A stretch of 64,000 nucleotides of DNA from Octopus sinensis (lineage: Eukaryota): positions 106,516,001 to 106,580,000 of the forward strand of contig NC_043002.1 in NCBI RefSeq assembly GCF_006345805.1, written 5' to 3'. The position numbers and the translations under genes were made by a program. The number at the start of each line of letters is the position of its first letter. Within the stretch, counting starts at the first letter, position 1. The notes below the pieces were generated by a model. That model worked only from the letters and a program-made list of their open reading frames with translations, did not search any database and was not told the DNA's origin. Shown piece by piece: positions 53,023 to 64,000 of this stretch.

Positions 53023-54597
53023 AAGCCAGCATGTTTGCATCTCTTTCAATATCATTTGGGCACAAACGTGACATTTTTTACAACAAAAATAAGGAAGTTC
53101 AACAGATTTATCAGAGGGCCAGTGAAATAAAATACTTTAGTTGAAAAATAAGAGTCGTTGACAGGAAGAGCATCCAGCCATAGAAACTCATACCAGTATG
53201 GAAAAACAGATGTGGTGATGATGATGGTATGGAGTATTTATTACATGTATACAGATAACAGGATTCTTTCCAGGTAAACATAGGCAGGCACACACACACA
53301 CACACACACACATACACACAATCTAAAATATAAATATATATTACAATGTTAACACAATTGAATTGATGTAATTATAGTTTTTAACATAAAATAAGAGAGA
53401 GAGGACATGAGTGTGAAGGAGGGGTAGGTACAGGGGTCTGCTTGGCTAGTTTAATGTTGGAAGAGGTGTGCGTGTATGTGTGTGTGTGTAGGCATGTATA
53501 ATAGTCTGTATGTGTGAGTATGCATAGTACTGTGTATGTGTGTGTAACCGTGTATACAGGTCGGGTTGCATCAGTATGCTTGTATGTGTCTATGTGTATG
53601 AGCGTATGTGTGCAGTAATGTTTGTTGGCTTGTGCATGTCTGCAACTGTATGTGTATGTAATTGTGTATGTGTACCTGTAGTTGTATATGTGTAAGTATG
53701 TAATTATATCTGTATGTATGTGCCCCTCTGTTTATTATCAATGCAAACACTACAATTAGTTGTAGATAAACAGCAAAGAATATGTGCTGCATCTTTTGGC
53801 CTAAATTAACTCTTTGAGGCCAACCCACCTAAGACCACCCCTGCTTAAGCAATACAAATTTTCTGTTTAAAAAGAGACCCCAATCAAATTTTCTGTTGTG
53901 TTCCAAACACCAATTTAATATTGGTTTCAAATTTTGACACAAAGCCAGCAATTTTGGAGGGGTGGTCAATTATTTTGACTCCCAGCACTCAAAGAGTTCT
54001 AGTATTTTTTGATCCTGAAAGGGTGAAAGGTAAAGTCGACCTTGGCAGAATTTGAACTCTGAACATAAAGACAGACAAAGTGCTGCTGTGGTAGCGGCGG
54101 CGGTGGAGAAGGAGGAGGGGGAGAGGAGGAGGAGGGGAGAAGGAGGAGGGGGAGAGGAGGGGGGGGGAGGAGGAGGAGGAGGAGGGGAGGGGGAGGAGGT
54201 TCAAATTTTAGTACAAGGCCAGCAATTTCAGGGGATAAGGTATGTTGATTACACTGATCCCCAGTGTGTAACTGGTACTTATTTTATCAACCCTGAAAAG
54301 ATGGAAAGCAGCCAGCCTCAGCAAAATTTGAACTCAGAATGTTAAGATGGAAAAAATGTTGCAAACACCAATTTAATAACAACCATTATTTTACTAAATT
54401 CTTTGTTATTTTCAAAATTAACTGAAACAAAGGCGATGTATTTAAACAGAAGAATGGCAAGAAATGGATTGAAGAAGACTTACTACTTCTCTTCAACAAA
54501 TGCCAAAAGCAATCTCTGCACATAACCAAAAGAAACTACTTCACTAGACTTCACCAAAGACAATCAAGTCCTTCAAAGTCAATACAAATGCTCTTTT

Positions 54598-54980
54598 GCT
54601 CTTTTGTTTCAGTCATTTGACCACGGCCATGCTGGAGCGCTGCCTTTAGTTGGGCAAATTGAGCCCAGGACTTATTCTTTGTAAGCCTAGTACTTATTCT
54701 ATCAGCCTCTCTTGCTGAACCACTAAGTTACAGAGATGTAAACACACCGACATCAGTTGTCAAAGCAAAGGTGGGGGGACAAACACAGACACACAAACAC
54801 ATAGTGTATATATATATATATATATATATATTCATATATATACGACAGGCTTCTTTCAGTTTCCATTTACCAAGTACGGTCACAAGGCTTTGGTCGGCCC
54901 AAGGTGTCAGGCAGTGGGACTGAACCCGGAACCATATGGTTGGGAAGCAAGCTTCTTACCACACAGCCACTCCTGCACCC
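54598..54980 (-). mobile_element. SINE family B, near full length
   Basis: Reverse complement of 33333-33745. Partial copies at about 15830-16290, 27410-27560, 28530-28620, 35390-35965, 42345-42470, 46180-46340, 49490-49620 and 60610-60845. Confidence 0.82.
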
Positions 54981-57231
54981 ATGTACAATCTCTGATAACA
55001 TCACACATATATATCAGAGCCAAAACTACCTCACAAACTCTCTTTTCAAGGACACAGCCTCTGATTAGTTATTAACCTTCCAGAGAGCATAGGGATCCAT
55101 ACTGGAATACTCTTAACCTATTTGGGGTAGTCATACACACACACACAAAAGAAGGTCACTGAGCTGACTGACAAGTATCCACTATGAACACTTTCTCACA
55201 AACACACAGTGTCCTCTCGCTTCTCTTTCTACTGCTACTATTACAGCTTCTACTCTTCTAGACTAACAAACTGCTTACCACGGTTTGCCCAACTCAAACC
55301 AACACACTAAATATTTTTTTTTTACCCAATCATTCTCCAACAAATCTGTATCTCTCTCAAATTACACTCCACTGCTGGTGTTTTTTGTTCGACCCCCAGT
55401 TTAGCTTTGATTTGACAAGACCAAAGGTATGGCAAAAGAAAGGGAGGGGCAGAAGAAAGGGGGGGGCAGAATGGAGAGAGAGAAAGGGGGGTAGAAAGGA
55501 AGGGAAGGAAAAAGGAAAAGGGAATTGGGGGGTGGAAGGAGAACAGAGTAGTGATATACAATTATAGGCTCTCATATGAAGCAATAAAGGAGCCCTATAA
55601 AGTGGTTGTTTGACGAAACATCTCTCAAATTACACCCAACTGCCTTTAATAATGGAGGACACAATGAATAATATAATCTTATATACCCCTAAAAGGACAA
55701 GATGGACTTGGTTGAAATGACTTTGATCATAGGCCAGCTCAATCATGGCTGACCTAGGGCTAAACAACAACTAGTGCCAATGAAGTTTCCTCTACATGGC
55801 TGATTTAGTTTTGAAGAAACAGCAGTTAAATCCCCCTATTTGTCACATTCCGAAGTCTTTAAAAAAGAAAAGATAATCTAGTCTAAGGCACCTTTCAAAA
55901 AATGGGATGGCCACAAGTGGAATGCTTTTTGAACATAGGTCTGCTTGATCAGGGATGACCTAAAACTTAAAAAAACCCGTTTTTAATTTTCTCATTTTGG
56001 CAGGTGAATAAAAGTTGACTCAGACAGGATTTGAACTCATAACTGCCTGGTACCAAATGACAATAGAATGAATAACAAGACTAGACTGCTTGCTATGGAA
56101 AATGAGACGGGGTGGAGAGGGGGATAGAATTTGATGAAATTTGGTGTTAGGGCTAAAATATGTATGAGCTCCACATCTGTAATTATGTAGTGACAAGAAG
56201 TAAAACCAGTTCTGTGTGACCAGCACTACCACCACCACCAACAACAACAACACAGCCAACACCACCACCACCAACATCATAGCCAACACTACCACCATCA
56301 CTATCATCACTAGTCACTTCACTTGCTAGAAATAGCAGCCAAATTACCTCAAATTACATCTGGCTATCTGAAGAAATGAAGTCCAAGGTATATAAAGAGG
56401 CAGAGTGCTCAAGGCTAAAGTCTTAATGATCACAGGTCTACTTGATCAGAGCTTACCAAGGGCTAAACAACACCATCACCACTACAATGACTACCATATT
56501 CCACCACCACAGTGGCGCCACTTCAAAAGGACCAAGTCAATACCAAGAGTTTTTATGAAAGAGGATAAGAAAAATGAATGAAAGGAAGAAAGAAAGGGAA
56601 AGAAAGAGAAGAAGAAGAAAACAAGAAAACGAGGTAGAAGGGAGGGAGAAAAGAAAAGAAGAAAAGAAAGAATAGAAAAGAGAGAGAGAGAGAGAATGGG
56701 GGAGGGTGGAAGGGAGGAATGTAGAGCAATAATATACTATTAAAGTGTGTCAACCCATCCTACTGGTGATTATAGTAGACATAGATAGAAGATAGAAATT
56801 AGTAGAGGAGCCGGGACAGTGCCCATAGCCTGCATAAGAACTCAAGGCCTAATGCTGGGGTACGGGGGGGGGCGGATAGCGGATATCTGGGTCAGCCAAA
56901 TATTCTATTTGAATTATTGGAGACTAGGTAGAGATGGGGAGTCATATAATAAGGCAGATAAAGAATTCCAGTAGGATTTATGTCCTGAGGTAAAAGGATT
57001 GGGTAAAGTGCCTCATCATGCCAGTAGTCGCGAAGAAACAGAGTAGGTACACATGATGATAGTGCTCCAGCATGGTCTTGTTAAAACAAACTAAGGAACT
57101 AAAGAATATTCTGCTTGTCATCCTGAAGAAGAGCAGAGGCCATTGTAGTTGCAGTGGAAGAGATTAAAGGAGGAATGCCCCAAAGTGGCTTAAGCACTGT
57201 AGAGTGTTTGTTAGACTCTGATAATCTAAAT

Positions 57232-57740
57232 CAGGGGTCACCAAAGAGGGTTCGGGGGACACCCAAGGGGTAGACGAGGAATTAAAGGGACTCGATGACA
57301 GCCAAAGGATCGAATGGGGGTCAGCATGTGAAAGACCAGCTCACCCAGATGAACTGCTTGAAATACTTAGACAGCGCCATGCCCATCCTTTACATTGATG
57401 TTGTCATTTTCAATAAAAGATATTCCAGCAATAAAATGAGTTTTTCACATTTTCTAACCGTAAAAACAATTTCATAAAAATTGAAAGTTTAATACTGTGT
57501 ACTCGTAAAAGTTTAATACTGTATACTCGTACATGTAGTTTTAAATATAAAAAGTGTGTTATCATCAATAGAATTTCTTAATTTGTCTTACAATGTATAT
57601 TTTAGTTAACATTTTAATTGCCAGCATCAGTACCCGGTACACATTTAAGATATGGTATGGTAGGGTATTAAAATATTTTAAATGAGGTGGGTAGTTGATG
57701 TGGAAGGAGGTTGATGATTGAAAATGTTTGGCAACACCTG
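57232..57740. mobile_element. Non-autonomous hAT (Charlie-like) element
   Basis: Termini caggggtcaccaaa / tttggcaacacctg with an 8-bp TSD atctaaat/atctaaac. Confidence 0.8.
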
Positions 57741-58210
57741 ATCTAAACGAACAACATGGCTACCTCTTGTTGTCAGCAAGTCCATCTATAGACCTAGATA
57801 AGGATAATGATACCAGCCAACTAAAGGACATATTGAATCAATGAGAGAAGCTCTATGTGACCACTTGACCAAAGTGTACAGATACAGAAAAACTTTTATG
57901 CTTCAGACATTGCTTCCTGCCACTTCATTTCTGGATAATGTTCTCAACTGAACCAAACTGTAAGAAGCTTTGGGCAACAGGCACAACACACCATCCAGTT
58001 TAGCAGAATCACCTCGTCCTTGGTTTGATGGGTAGCAGGTAGACTTCTTCATCCTTAGTTCACAGAGTGACAGGTTTAACACAGCACCCACTTCAAGAGC
58101 ATCACTTCATACCTATTTAATGGGTGCTAGGTAGATGTAGTACACACCCCTGCTTCATAGTACCGTTTTATTCTTGATATGTTAGGTGATAAACTTAACA
58201 CACGGCCCAC

Positions 58211-58475
58211 TTATTATTATTATTATTCAGGTCACTACCTGGAATTGAACTCAGAATCTTGGGGTTAGTAGCCTGTGCTCTTAACCACTATGGCATATGC
58301 CTGTGGGAATAATAATAATAATAATAATAACAACAACATCGAAAAATACCTTAGGAATGCAAACCCAAGTTCAAAATTTCCCCAAGACATCTGATGAAGG
58401 GTGGATGGTATATCAGCCGAAACGTTGTGTTAACAACAAACAAGATTAGGACAAACATCCGTCAAATGTAAATAA
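58211..58475 (+). mobile_element. Copy of the hammerhead SINE with the whole tRNA head inverted
   Basis: Head plus (AAT)n on the minus strand at about 58211-58307, then (AAT)n and the hammerhead tail on plus at 58308-58475. Confidence 0.78.
58386..58431 (+). ncRNA. Minimal type-I hammerhead motif
   Basis: GACAT-CTGATGA-A-GGGTG-gatggtatat-CAGCC-GAAAC-GTT-GTGTT. Palindromic ACGT stem III, one mismatch in stem II. Confidence 0.72.
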
Positions 58476-59139
58476 GGTAAACAATGAAAGAAGCCTATTG
58501 TGGGGGGTTGTATATAAGCATGTATGTGTTTGCACATGTGTGCGTTTATGTATGCCTTTGTTTTGGCACCAGGTGATGGTTGCAAGCAAGCCTCACTGTC
58601 ATACAAGAAATGTTGCTCGATTCCATTCAACCATGGAAACCATGCCTGGTCATAGGAAATATTACCTTACTTGGAAATAGGTGAGGATTGATGAGAGGAG
58701 GGGCATCTACCTCAACAAAATCCACCTGACACATGCAAGTATTAAAAAAGTGATGATGATGATGATGATGATGACATTAAAATTCACACTGAATCTATGT
58801 TGGAGTAAGTTCATTCTTCCCAACTCTGGCTTTAACTCCAATAATTGAACGGCCGACCGACCGTATTCAATTCTGACTCCACAGGCCTGCTGGTGGTGCT
58901 ACGACAGTTTAAGTTTGCCTCAGTAAACCTTTCTTCCCTGTGCCCTGCTAAAGCAAGCTGCTCCCAGTCTATCGAATTTAACGGCAAAGACTACAGAGCC
59001 AAACTATTTAAGAGGTGCCAACACAAAGATACATAAACTAATTAGATGTACTTTTAAGAAAAACTACCTGAAAGATCTGGTCTCCTGCTTACATGGAATG
59101 TTCAAAATGTGTCTCTATATTGTTACTGTGTTACGTATG

Positions 59140-59177
<38 letters not shown>

Positions 59178-59544
59178 ACTACTAATGTATTGCTGCTTGT
59201 GTATAGCCTGTGTGTGTGTGTGTTTGTCAAGTCCTATATGTGTAAGAGTTATATGTGTGTAAAAGTGGTGTGTGTATGTGTTTGAGTAGTGTGGCTGTAG
59301 CATGTACTGTTATGTATGTGTGTTATGTACCTTTATGCTTATGTGTAGTAATAGTAGTGGTGGTTGTATGTGTGGTGCGGGCACATTCACGCGAATGTGT
59401 GTGTGTTTGTTTTTTTTTTCAATGAGTTTCAGAGCTACTCAAGCAAACTAACAAGAAAACAAAACAAAAAAAACAGATGTTAAAACAATAAAGGAACACA
59501 ATAACGTATATATGCAGAAAACATACATTTATGCCAGACAAGAA

Positions 59545-59577
<33 letters not shown>

Positions 59578-60031
59578 TTTAAACAGAAACACTTACGCAA
59601 GCTAACACTTCCACTTAAAGACTTACATGAAAAAAATAAAAAAGACATATACACAGAAAACAAATATATACAAACAACAAACTAACACTACACACGCATA
59701 CATTAGACTGAGACAAGCTAACACTTTTTACTTAGAAACTTGCACACCAAAAACAAGACACATACACAGATTTTCTTACAATTCTTCATTTCCTAAAAGA
59801 ACAGCAGTTATGCTTGACTGACAGCAGAGCAGGAACTCTTCTCCACATCATATTCACCATTACAACACCATCATACTGCCACATAGAACTTCTACCACCA
59901 CACAGTACCATTACTATACTATCACGCCTTTATACACACAGGGGCACACCAAGAGAATACAACCTTCCATTCCTGTCTTTGACCAGTTTTCTGTTATTTT
60001 CATTCCTGTCCATGCTTTGTTTATATATATA

Positions 60032-60067
<36 letters not shown>

Positions 60068-60091
60068 TATACACACACATATATTTATATA

Positions 60092-60289
60092 CAAGAAAAA
60101 AGTAACAAGAATGGATCAGTAGTTTAGTACAATTGTTTCATACTAAGAACATTTTATTTAAAGCTGCAAATATTACAGCAAATATAATGTCAAGTATATT
60201 TGCTGTAATATTTGCAGCTTTAAATAAAATGTTCTTAGTATGAAACAATTGTACTAAACTACTGATCCATTCTTGTTACTTTTTTCTTG
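60092..60289. repeat. Perfect inverted repeat with 95-bp arms and an 8-nt loop
   Basis: caagaaaaaagtaacaag…cagcaaatata atgtcaag tatatttgctg…cttgttacttttttcttg. Confidence 0.95.
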
Positions 60290-60516
60290 GTTACAATCAC
60301 CCCACATAATTTTATGGTTAATACCATAAAGAATTCTGGTGCATCTAAGTTAAGTACCATATTCATTTGAATACATTTGAATCTTAAGTGTTTTGCATAT
60401 ATTTATATATATATATATATAGTTACTCTAAACATGAACAAAGAGAAAACACAACGTGAGGACGTAGAACAAGTATAGTGTTATTGGACGCTCAGGAAAG
60501 GAAAGAAAGAAGGAGG

Positions 60517-60551
60517 ATTTAACGTTTCGAGCGGAGCTCTTCGTCAGAAAC
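60517..60551 (-). ncRNA. Minimal Penelope-type hammerhead motif with intact core
   Basis: Minus strand reads GTTT-CTGACGA-A-GAGC-tcc-GCTC-GAAAC-GTT-AAAT. All core residues present and stems I and II pair. It sits in a ~180 bp repeat-like segment (60425-60605). Confidence 0.75.
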
Positions 60552-60852
60552 ATAGAAAAAGGAAAGTACCAAGAAAGAAAAGACGGAGAAAGAAAATCGC
60601 CAACAAGATGCAGGAGTGGCTGTGTGGTAAGTAAATTGCTTACCAACCACATGGTTCCAAGTTCAGTCCCACTGCGTGGCACCTTAGGCAAGTGTTTTCT
60701 ACTATAGTCAAAGCCTTGTGAGTGGATTTGGTAGATGGAAACTGAAAGAATCCTGTCATATGTGTGTGTGTGTCCACCATCGCTTGACAACTGATGCTGG
60801 TGTGTTTATGTACCCATAACTTAGTGGTTCAGCAAAAGAGACTGATGTGTGA

Positions 60853-61082
60853 AGGTGTGTGGCTTAGTGGTTAGGGTATTCAGCTCATGATTGTACGTAA
60901 GGTCATGAGTTCAATTCCTAGTGACGCATTGTCCTTGAGCAAGACACTTCATTTCACGTTGCTCCAGCCCACTCAGCTGGCAAAAATGAGTAGTGAGTAG
61001 TACCTGTGCTACACTGAATCTCCCTGAGAACTACGTTAAGGGTGCATGTGTCTGTGGAGTGCTCAGCCATTTGCACGTTAAT
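60853..61082 (+). mobile_element. tRNA-derived SINE family C
   Basis: tggcttagtggttaggg A-box, GAGTTCAATTCC B-box, central gtccttgagcaagacact…ccactcagctgg domain. It resembles Meta/V-type SINE bodies, but that assignment is unverified. Confidence 0.8.
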
Positions 61083-61214
61083 TCTTAAAAAAAGAATAAA
61101 TATCTGCATGCATGTGGACTGATAATAAGAAGAACACCTGGCTATAGAAAATCTACCTCAACAAGTTTCCTCTGACTCATGTAAGCTGGTTAAATGATAA
61201 AAGAAAGAAGCACA

Positions 61215-61565
61215 TTATGGTACTGTTCACATCCGAAGGACAGTACTGCTGTTACATACAAACATTTTGGACCAACAGTTGTTTTTTTTCTCTTTTCCAT
61301 TACTAAAATATATCCAGCTTCTCTCAATTAACAAACTGGATACTCTATCTACCCTAACTTACCCTATCCACCTGTATCTCCTCCTCTCATCAAGTTTATT
61401 GTGTCAGGCCAAGGTAGGCAAGGTAAGGTATTCAGCTCACTAGCTGAAAGAAGCAGGGAATATTTTTTTTGATAGAAAAGGCAGAGAGAAGAAACAGCTG
61501 TTGGTCCAAGTTGTTTATGCATAACATCAGCACCGGCTCTTGGGTGTGAACAGTACTCCCATATG
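61215..61565. repeat. Decayed inverted repeat (~80-bp arms)
   Basis: gtactgttcacatcc…ttggaccaacag mirrored by ctgttggtccaa…gggtgtgaacagtac. Confidence 0.6.
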
Positions 61566-62244
61566 GTTAGTTTTTGTAGTCATAACAACTGATTAAGAAG
61601 GACTGGATGGTTCCTGGCTATAAAGAATGACCCTAACCTTTGTGATGTAGTTTCAGTAATGTTATATATGTGAAAGGAGTTGTGATGAGAAATAAGAGAA
61701 TGAAAGGCTGAGCATTTGTAGAAAGATTAATGGTTTTCAGGTCAAAGTGGTTACTCTTGGTGGGAAGGGACACAGTTTTGTATTCCCAAAGATTGGAGTA
61801 GATTCCAGTAGAGAGAACCAGAAAGGGAACTAGTGATGGAGGGCATCTTTTAAGGCAGCAGCACTGATGGGTAACTAACTCCAGGTGTTGTGGGCTGTGT
61901 TTGTTGCATTTCAGGTGTGAGTAAAGGAGAAGGAGAATTATAAAGAATGGGTTTTGGTTGCGTGAAAGGCATAAAAGAAGATTTTAGATGAGGGTGGGTT
62001 TGGGCCACTCAGTAACCCTGTCACGATTGATCAGGGAGAAACCCATACACCCCCAAGGGTAGCCCACTCAGCACTGAGTGTTTGTGTGTATGTGCACACA
62101 TGCACACATACACAATTACAGGTAAACGGGCAGAATCATTAAAGGGTCAGAATATCCTGTAGTACCTCTTAGTTTTCTGCACACTATGTTCAAATCCAAC
62201 CAAATTTTACTTTATACTATGTTTACCCCATTTTTTAGAATACA

Positions 62245-62355
<111 letters not shown>

Positions 62356-62788
62356 GGGGTGACTAAGAGAGTTAGCACCAGAAAAGGCATTCAGCTGTGA
62401 AACACTACTGCAAAAGGTCCCGGCCAACCTATGCAAGCATGGACAAGCAGTAGTAAAAATAATGATGATGACATACACACATCATCATTACCGTCATCAC
62501 CAGTGTTTGTATATTTGCCTTCTTCCATGCCAACCTAGGTGAGACAAAATTTACTGGTCCCAGATGCCTTGCCTTTCACTGACCTTTATCTGTTTGTCAA
62601 GTAAAGTATTTTTATGTCAGTGATCATAATACAAAACTAATGAAATCACCAAGCTATAAAGCACATTTTTACTATTATATATATATATATATAGCAAAAA
62701 TTTAGATTCAGATGAATTAGGTACTTAAGTTGAGGCATCAGAATTTAGTATGGTATTATCCATACAATTTCAAAATAAGGTGATTAAA

Positions 62789-63071
62789 ATCAAAATAGGC
62801 AACAGGATATCCAGAGGCTTAGAAGTTTAGTAGCTTCTAAGCTGAAGTGAAGACAGCATGTTCCTGGTCTATCTCCTTAACTTCTTGGAGGTTTTAGGTA
62901 AAAATATACTAATGTGTCCATCTGTTTTAATTTAATTTAATTCTATGTCTTTGTGCAGCTGAGGATTGCTCTGCATTTAAATTCATGTAATGGTTGCACT
63001 GTTCAATTAAATGGAGTCGCTTGAAACGATCGTGCTGCATTACCTCTGGATATCCTGTTGCTTATTTTGAT
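62789..63071. repeat. MITE-like element related to 4537-4887
   Basis: atcaaaataggcaacaggatatccagagg / cctctggatatcctgttgcttattttgat. Confidence 0.65.
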
Positions 63072-63088
63072 CTTATATATATATACAT

Positions 63089-63119
<31 letters not shown>

Positions 63120-64000
63120 AACTCTGAGTAACAGTTTTTGTGATGTCTTTTGCAGCTTTATTAACAGTGTGTGTGAGAGAGAGAGAGACCATTTAAACAC
63201 CCATTTGTCCATGCCTGCATGGGTCAACTGGAATTTATACATGTATATATATATATATATTTGTATATCATATTTGTGTGCATAGATATATAAATGTGTG
63301 TTTTACACTAAACATTCGAACATTACCCATGAATGCATGACATACCACAAAAAACATTACACCACACCCATATAAACACACACACATGCACATATTTAAA
63401 ACAATGCAAATGCCCACACATATTTATTATTTGTTGAACATTTAAATAGACATTCATACGCACAGAAACCACATCAACCAATCCCATCCACAGACACGCA
63501 CACACATACACACACTATAGAAAAGACACGGTCACAAGTTAAGACACAAACCAACCCTCATATGTTTAGAAACACTAGCATAAAATATTTAAGAAATAAA
63601 AAAAAAATTATTCAAAAGAAAAAAAAAACACACTTAAGACCAACAAATAATAAAAATGTGTTTAATTTTTTTAAAAAATATATGAATTTTTTTTTTTTTT
63701 CTGTGTATCCTTCTTCCTTTCTTTCGTCCTTATGTCCTCTCAGAGTAAGAAAAGAAAAAGACAGCAAAGAGCAGTTAAATTTCTTTACCTTTGACTATAG
63801 AGCTTAGCATTTGTGATATGTAAGATAGTTATGCCCTAATTCACAGCACAATTGCTTGTTGTTAGACCAGATATTTCAGTATATGTGCACGCACGCATGC
63901 ATGCACACACAAGTATTTAAAGGAACATTGAACTGAAGACATTTAAATATATAAAAAGTTCTTTTTAAAATATCTGAATTTCTCTCTCTTTCTCTGTATA

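Noticed and set aside
63015-63035. GAAACGATCGT
   Set aside because: Part of the 4.5/62.8 kb fold-back arm, with no core.

Overview
AT-rich, microsatellite- and SINE-dense animal genomic DNA. An octopus or other coleoid is likely, but that is inferred from the repeat landscape only. The one protein-coding gene I can support is a partial mixed-lineage kinase (MLK/MAP3K9-11/slipper family) on the minus strand. It has six GT-AG exons between 3284 and 15278 that splice in frame and encode the kinase C-lobe, leucine zippers, CRIB motif and start of the C-terminal tail. I could not find its SH3/N-lobe exons or its 3' exons in the window, and a 100-N gap lies at 43800-43899. The rest is transposon-derived: five or more SINE-like families, Tc1, mariner, maT, hAT and Helitron elements, and CR1-, RTE-, RLE-LINE and Gypsy remnants. 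The most unusual signal is a set of Penelope-type minimal hammerhead ribozyme motifs. These include a three-copy tRNA-headed SINE whose 3' module is a hammerhead, with the 5' head inverted in two copies, and fold-back palindromes centred on or near hammerhead helices. All ribozyme folds were paired by eye; activity and novelty are untested.
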